A DNA stretch of 64,000 nt from an uncultured delta proteobacterium. Lineage in GTDB: Bacteria; Desulfobacterota; Binatia; HRBIN30. The translations under genes were made by a program, and so were the position numbers. How positions within the stretch are numbered: the stretch's first letter is position 1; the number at the start of each line of letters is the position of its first letter. The stretch is from positions 295,486 to 359,485 of the forward strand of contig CAVSQF010000039.1 of assembly GCA_963729835.1 (NCBI GenBank), given 5' to 3'. The notes below the pieces were generated by a model that was not told where the DNA came from, did no database searches, and saw only the letters and a list, made by a program, of their open reading frames with translations. Below, piece by piece: positions 57,838-64,000 of this stretch.

Positions 57838-59530
57838 TGAAGCGGTCCGAAACTCGGCTCTTGACTGTGATGTTGGACGTCTGGACATCGACGGCGCTCC
57901 TGTCTGCCCTGCTCTTGGTCGCCAGCACGCACACAGCTGGCGCGGCTGGCGCGGAGTTCACGGCCCTCACCGCCACGATGACGGTTCCGCGGTCCGGTCA
58001 CACAGCGACCTCGCTCCTCAATAATGGCCAGGTTTTCTTGGCCGGCGGGGATAATCTCTTTCCTGGCAAAGGTACGACGTACAACACCGCGGAGCTGTAT
58101 GACTCTGTGGCCAATACCTTCACGGCCCTCACCGCCACAATGACGACTGCTCGTGAAGGTCACACGGCGACCCTGCTCGCCAATGGCCAGGTTTTCTTGG
58201 CCGGCGGGTTCAATGATAACTCCGATTGTCTCGACACAGCGGAAGTGTACAACCCTGTGGCCAATACCTTCACCGCACTTACTGCCACCATGACGTCAGC
58301 TCGTTGTGGTCCCACCGCGACGCTTCTCCTCAACGGCAAGGTCCTGATTGCCGGCGGGGATTTTGATGGAGTCACTTACAACACTGCGGAGCTGTATGAC
58401 TCTGTGGCCAATACCTTCACGGCCCTCACCGCCACAATGACGACCCCTCGTACTATGCACACGGCGACCCTGCTCCCCAATGGCCGGGTCCTCTTGATCG
58501 GCGGGGGTAATGCCAGACACACCACTCAGTTCGACACTGCGGAGCTGTATGACCCTGTGGCCAATACCTTCACGGCCCTCACCGCCACAATGACGACTGC
58601 TCGTGAAGGTCACACGGCGACCCTGCTCGCCAATGGCCAGGTCCTCTTGACCGGCGGGTTTAACGGCACTGAATCTAGTCCCATTCTCAACACTGCGGAG
58701 CTGTACGACCCTGTGGCCAATACCTTCACGGCCCTCACCGCCACAATGACGTCTGCTCGTGCTGTCCACACGGCGGCCCTGCTCGCCAATGGCCAGGTCC
58801 TCTTGACCGGCGGGGATGAGAGTATCAGCGGCCCCGCTCTCAACACCGCAGAGCTGTATACGTCCGGTCCAGCCAACACACCGACGCAAACGGCCACCAA
58901 GACGCCAACCAGTACCCAGACACCTACTGAAACCCCGAGTGGTACGTCGACGAACACGGCCACCAGCACGGCGACCCCGACGCCGACGTTTACCAGACTT
59001 GGACCAGCACCCCACTGTCCACCAGCACACCGACAGCCCTGCCAGGCAGTGTCCTTACCAGTCCTATCACTGCAACCGACACCTGTATTCCGGTCTCTGA
59101 CACCTCGATCTTCTCGCCCGCGGGCGGAGACGCTCTGATCGGTACCGAGTCGATCTCCTACACAGGTCTCGGCACGTCATGCAGCGGCGCTTCGGCCGCC
59201 AGAACCAGTGCAGGGACTGCGGCAACGGCCGGAGCCCTCACGGGGGTGACGCGCAATCTCAACGGTCAGGGAGGCGCGCACGCCGCGGGGACCACCGTGA
59301 CCCCGACCGTACCACCCACGGTAACTCCAACCGCAACACCCTCGGCGTGCGTCGGCGACTGCAACGGCAGCGGCGACGTCACGGTCAGCGAGCTCATCAC
59401 GATGGTGAACATCGCCCTCGGCAACGCCGACATTTCGATGTGCATGGCTGGCGACGCCAACGGCGACGGAGCTATCGAGATCAACGAGATCATCACGGCC
59501 GTGAACAATGCGCTGAACGGGTGCTCTTAG
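57838..59530 (+). CDS. Secreted kelch-repeat (beta-propeller) protein with PT linker and C-terminal dockerin-like domain, frameshifted near 58994
   Basis: Six repeats of TAREGHTATLLANGQVLLTGG...TAELYDPVANTFTALTATM. A one-base shift gives a continuous frame to CVGDCNGSGDVTVSELITMVNIALG...AGDANGDGAIEINEIITAVNNALNGC. Confidence 0.85.
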
Positions 59531-59919
59531 CCTTGTCCGCTCGGCTTCGCGCACCTCACTCGTGGGCCGCTTCCGCCTGTCGCTTGACAGCGTATGATAA
59601 CGAAGAGGGTTTGATCCGCTGTCCGGCCCAACGAGCGCATCGAACGAGGCAGCGGGCGTGCGGCCGGACGGCGGATAAACGCCGTTGAACCTGAACCGCG
59701 TAGTACGAGCGATGCTCTCTATGGGGTTTCTATCGCAGGGAGCGTGTGAGCAGCCGATGATACAGCGGCACAACGGGCCCGGTGTTTGGGGGCGGGGAAG
59801 GTGGCGGCAGCGCGGCAAGGGCGCCGGGGCCGTGCTGAACGGGTGCGGAGGCGCAGAGGGGCGTCCCACCGGCGTGGTGGTTCGACAGCTTGCGAGCAGC
59901 GGGGAGAAGACAGCTTGGC

Positions 59920-60447
59920 TCACGAAGTGTCGTACTGCTGTGGGGCGAGGATTTCGACGACGCGCATCGGGGCGCCGCCCTCGCTGTGAAGCGATCGCGC
60001 CGCGACCGGATCAGCCGCGAACCTGCCTACGGGTGGCGCCTCAGTTCCGACGGCAAGACACGTCGAGCACGGTTTGAAATCCCAATAGTGAGCGTGCGCC
60101 CGGATGACGAACTCGGTCTCCACGTCGGGATCGCGTGCGTAGAGGCACTTCCCCGAGGCCGCCACTTCGTGCGCCAGCACGATAGAGGCGTCATTGAGCG
60201 ATACGAGATCGATCGGCACGCGGGCCGTGGCGGCGACATCAGCCCTTAGACGCATCAGCTCTCCCGCGGAGAGCGCCGGGTCGGTGAGGATGGCGAGGTC
60301 CACGTCACGCACGAGATCGCGCGCCGGATCTGCCGCCGAGCCGAAGAGGTACACCAGCTTGACGCGCGCGTCGCACGCCAGCTCCTGGGCCGCACGATGC
60401 GCGCCCTGGCGCGCCCCTTCAGCAGCCAGATGTCGGGAGAGCTTCAT
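59920..60447 (-). CDS. MntA-like nucleotidyltransferase; C-terminus probably disrupted after YWDFKP
   Basis: LVYLFGSAA...RDVDLAIL...IDLVSLNDAS...GKCLY; no HEPN partner downstream. Confidence 0.8.
   Translation of the reverse strand: MKLSRHLAAEGARQGAHRAAQELACDARVKLVYLFGSAADPARDLVRDVDLAILTDPALSAGELMRLRADVAATARVPIDLVSLNDASIVLAHEVAASGKCLYARDPDVETEFVIRAHAHYWDFKPCSTCLAVGTEAPPVGRFAADPVAARSLHSEGGAPMRVVEILAPQQYDTS
59930..60065 (+). pseudogene. Serine recombinase (resolvase) C-terminal remnant
   Basis: AALAVKRSRRDRISREPAYGWRLSSDGKT resembles the helix-E/PYG segment of serine recombinases. Confidence 0.4.
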
Positions 60448-60518
60448 GCGCTGGGAACTCTACCACAAAGGCGGAACCCCCGAAGCCCGGCAGGACAACG
60501 ATGGACAGGGGCCGGCCC

Positions 60519-61757
60519 TCAACTGCCGAATTTCTGCTTGACGACCGCGAAGGCCTCGTCGGCGACGGCGAGGGATTGCTTGACGTCCTCCTCGGTGTGG
60601 GCGCAGGAGACAAACCAGTTGTGATGCGGGTGGAAGATGACGCCACGCTTGGCGCTCTCCGCGCTGAAGAGCTGCTTGCGCAGAAAATTGACCTCGTTGC
60701 CGAAGCGCATGAACGGGATCGTGTACGGGCCGCTCATGACGATCTCGAAGCCGTGCGCCTTGCCGCGCTCGATCAAACCGTCCCACAGCAACTTGCCGAT
60801 GCGCATCATGTATTCGACGCCATTGAGCCGCTTCAGCTCATTGATGGTCGCGATGGCGGCGGCCATCGGCTCCATGCTACTGAAGAACGTGCCGGTGAAC
60901 AGTACTTCCGCGGCCATTTTTTTCAAGGAGTTCTTGCCGACCGCTGCGGAAATCGGATAGGTGTTGGCGATCGCTTTCGAGAAGCAAACCATGTCCGGGT
61001 CGTAGTTGAAGTACGCGTGCGAGCCGGCGAGGCTGAGCCGGAACGCAGCGCGCACGTCGTCGGAGATGATGACGATGCCTTCCTGCCGGCAGATTCTCTG
61101 GATGGTCTCCCACCAGCCGGGAGCGGGAAGCTGCTGGTCGGCATAGACGACGTGATTGTACGGCGTCATGATGACGCAAGCGATCTGGCCTTTATATTGC
61201 TCGACGAGCCGCGTGAACGAATCGAGGTTGTTCCAATCGAAGCAGTGGACGTGGGTGCGGTCTTCCTCGATGAGGCCGCCGTGGCTGGGCGTGCACCACG
61301 CCTGCGCGCCGTGGTAGGCGCCGTTCACCATGAGGACCTTCTTGCGACCGGTGTACTCGCGGGCGACGCGCGTGCACCAAGTTGTGACATCCGCCCCGTT
61401 CTTGCCGTACACGCACCAGTCCGCGCCCTTGATCGTCTGCACCAGCGTTTCCGCAAACAGGACGCTGATCGTGCTGGGATGGCTCATACCGTCCCCGTTT
61501 TCTTTCATCGCGGCGACAGCGGCGTCGACCACCGGGTTCTTGTAGCCGAGGATCATCGGGCCGAAGCCGCACATCCAGTCGATGTATTCGTTGCCGTCCG
61601 GGTCCCAGTAACGGCAGCCCTCGCCTCGTTCGGCAAAGTACGGATACGAGCCGGGGACGGTGAATGCCGGGTGTTTGTGTCCGATGATTCCGCCCGGAAT
61701 CACCTTGCACGCCCGCGCGAACCATTCGAGTGATTTGTCCAGTTTGAAAGATCCCAT
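60519..61757 (-). CDS. Class III PLP-dependent aminotransferase (GSA aminomutase-like)
   Basis: DGNEYIDW, AYHG, ISDDVRAAFR, FSKAIAN, GTF. Confidence 0.9.
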   Translation of the reverse strand: MGSFKLDKSLEWFARACKVIPGGIIGHKHPAFTVPGSYPYFAERGEGCRYWDPDGNEYIDWMCGFGPMILGYKNPVVDAAVAAMKENGDGMSHPSTISVLFAETLVQTIKGADWCVYGKNGADVTTWCTRVAREYTGRKKVLMVNGAYHGAQAWCTPSHGGLIEEDRTHVHCFDWNNLDSFTRLVEQYKGQIACVIMTPYNHVVYADQQLPAPGWWETIQRICRQEGIVIISDDVRAAFRLSLAGSHAYFNYDPDMVCFSKAIANTYPISAAVGKNSLKKMAAEVLFTGTFFSSMEPMAAAIATINELKRLNGVEYMMRIGKLLWDGLIERGKAHGFEIVMSGPYTIPFMRFGNEVNFLRKQLFSAESAKRGVIFHPHHNWFVSCAHTEEDVKQSLAVADEAFAVVKQKFGS

Positions 61758-61788
61758 GCAGAGCCTCCGCGAACTTGTTCGTGTAAAA

Positions 61789-62560
61789 TTACACCTCGAC
61801 GTATTTCTCTATCCGTTCGAGCACGACCGCCATGCTCTCAGCCATCCCGATCATCCCGTGCAGTTGAATCCGGCACAGACCCAGGGCCTCCAGAAAGTCC
61901 ACCTTCCCGGTCAGCATGTCGTAGGTGAGGTCGATGCCCTGTATTTGCATGGACACCATCGGATTCTCGGCCGGGCCTTTCGCCGGCGTGATCGTACCGT
62001 TCTGTTTCGTGATGTGCACCGCCGGCCCGTCGGGCAGGACGCGGATTTCCATCACGCCGTTCACCGTCTTCCGCACGATATCGGTGACTTTCGGGTCGTG
62101 CTCGCCGACCGCCTTCAGCGCATACGCCGCGACCTGGAGCTGCAGCCGCGTGTGGAACTCGAAAAGCTTCCGGTCCTGGAGCAGCGCTGCGGTCGGCTTC
62201 AGGTACTTCTCCATGATTGCTGTCAGCTTGTTGAACTTCCGAATACTGCCCAAGCGCCAGATGCCCCTCCAGATCACGGGCAGCACAAAGCCCTTCTTCT
62301 CGAACATCTTGTTCAGCGGTGGCCGGGCTCGGGAACCACATCGCGACCGACGGCCGCGCCACCGTTTCCAGCTTCGCCTCGCATTTGCCGTCCTGGAAAG
62401 TCAGGCAAACTGCCGGACCGCCGGAAACATGCATCTGAATCGAGCAGTCCCAGCCCTGCACCAGCTGCTGCGCCTCGCTGTCGAACGCTACGATCTCCTC
62501 GAGCTGTGGCAGCACGGCGTTGAGGAAAATATACGACTTGATGAGCTCTCTGTTGTCCAT
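61789..62560 (-). CDS. Protein with SCP2-like sterol/lipid-binding domains, frameshifted near 62315
   Basis: Two similar segments (GGPAVCLTFQDG / DGPAVHITKQNG); C-terminal GKVDFLEALGLCRIQLHG is SCP2-like. Confidence 0.6.
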
Positions 62561-62712
62561 CGCAGCACTCCTCGGGAAACCTATACGGCTGAGCGCAAGC
62601 ACGTGCGTCAAGCACTTGTATGCGGGTCAATGCGATTCGGCAGTCGAGCCCGCCGAAAAGATTCACCTCGCCAGCGGACTCGTGCTATGCTGCAGCACGT
62701 GGATGGTTCGTG

Positions 62713-63108
62713 ATGCAATCCGAATTTCACATGCGCTCGCACCGCAAGTACGAGATGCTCGACATCACGCGGCAGGTGGCCGAGGTCGTCGGCAAGGCGG
62801 GACTCGCTGAGGCCATCTGTTCCGTGTACGTCACGCACGCCACCGCCGCGATCGTGATCAACGAGAACGACGATCCGAACGTCTGCGAGGACGTGCTCGA
62901 GGCGCTCACCAAGCTCATCCCCGAAGGCATCTGGCGGCACGACCGCGTCGACAACAATGCCGCCGCACACATCAAGTCGGCGATCCTCGGACCTGGGGAA
63001 ACGATTCCGGTGCGCAACGGCAAGCTGGTGCTCGGGACCTGGCAGACCATCATGCTCGTCGAGCTCGACGGCCCGCGTGATCGCCGCATCGTGGTGACGG
63101 TGCGGTAG
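62713..63108 (+). CDS. yjbQ: YjbQ family protein (secondary thiamine-phosphate synthase)
   Basis: HATAAIVINENDDP, NAAAHIKS, LGTWQ, ELDGPR. Confidence 0.93.
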   Translation: MQSEFHMRSHRKYEMLDITRQVAEVVGKAGLAEAICSVYVTHATAAIVINENDDPNVCEDVLEALTKLIPEGIWRHDRVDNNAAAHIKSAILGPGETIPVRNGKLVLGTWQTIMLVELDGPRDRRIVVTVR

Positions 63109-63218
63109 AGGGCCGGTGGCCTTCCCAACACGGCCGCGTGACGCCCGGGTGGCAATTCGCTTTCCTTTCTGCGTCCGACCGGCTAGCGATATGAATCGGT
63201 TGTGGGGGTGCACTCACT

Positions 63219-64000
63219 GATGGGTATGTTGTTCCGCCGAGCGATTGCACCAGCGGCGGCGGTGCAACCGGCGGCGGCGGACGTCGCGCCAGCTGAACGT
63301 GCTGACGCCGCCTTCAGCATCGAGCCCTACACACCGCCGTGGTGGCTGCCGAACGGACACCTGATGTCACTGTGGGCTTACTACATCAGGCGGCCGATGC
63401 CGGCGTACCGCCGCGAGCGGCTAGCGACGCATGACGACGATTTCCTCGACATCGACTGCATCGACGGCAAGCCGGGGCAGCCGCTGGTTGTCGTCTGCCA
63501 TGGGCTCGAAGGCTCCTCGAGCTCCCGGCTACGTGCGCGCCCTGATGCGCGCCGTCGGAGAGCGCGGCTGGCACGGGGTGGCGCTCAACTATCGCGGCTG
63601 CAGCGGCGAGGACAACCATCGCCTGTATGCCTACCACTCGGGGTGGACGGTCGATCTCGACTTCGTGGTCCGTGTTTTTGCGGCGCGCGATCCGCAGCGG
63701 CCGATTGTCCTCGCCGGGTACAGCCTAGGTGCGGGCATTACCGCCAACTGGCTGGGACGGCGCGCCACCGAAGTCCCCAAGCAGGTACGGGCGGCGTTCC
63801 TGTGTAGTGTGCCTTTCTTTCTGACGCCGTGCAGCGCGCGGCTGGAAAGCGGGTTCAGCCGCGTCTACCAGCGGAATTTCGTGCGCAGCCTCCGGCGCAA
63901 GGCCCTCCTGAAGGCGGCGCATCACCCCGACGCGTTCGACCGCCGCGCCGTCAAGCGGGCCCGCACGTTGCGCCAGTTCGACGCGGCGTATACCTGCCCG
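63219..64000 (+). CDS. YheT-like alpha/beta hydrolase, frameshifted near 63525; runs off the right edge
   Basis: PWWLPNGHL, DDDFLDID, HGLEGSS; shifted frame NYRGCSGE...AYHSG...GYSLG. Confidence 0.88.

Noticed and set aside
57950-58860. CRISPR-like regularly spaced ~35-bp repeats
   Set aside because: Spacing of about 150 bp is in frame and the intervening DNA is also homologous; these are kelch coding repeats, and no cas genes are present

Overview
GC-rich bacterial chromosome segment. The many Pro/Thr-linker secreted proteins with cohesin-like, dockerin-like and Cys-rich modules suggest a Binatia/Myxococcota-like organism; this is an inference. The left quarter holds a tRNA-Lys(TTT) gene (2761-2833) and two further copies of its 3' 46 bp (11825-11870, 15078-15123), which delimit two tandem integrated elements. 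Element 1 (~9 kb) encodes a tyrosine integrase, XRE, two HicB-like genes, two Xis/AlpA-type genes, a PriCT-type replication protein, a C-protein-like regulator and a multi-cohesin scaffoldin-like cargo protein. Its integrase ORF reads through the att core, so integration or excision swaps its C-terminal tail (...LLKR-QMLCRLS integrated vs ...LLKR-PPKDDEEKQD excised). Element 2 is decayed: an IS5-family insertion, an integrase remnant and a PT-rich secreted protein. The rest of the window has surface proteins with dockerin/cohesin-like modules, an exosortase-H-like locus with an IPTL-CTERM-like substrate, housekeeping genes (E1a/E1b/E2 dehydrogenase, msrB, sppA, yajQ, lolA, ftsK, rnj, csp, mce, malic enzyme) and a patch of intact and decayed toxin-antitoxin modules. 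About ten genes, including normally essential ones, carry single-base frameshifts that are most likely long-read assembly errors. All family assignments come from motif recognition by eye; no database searches were run.
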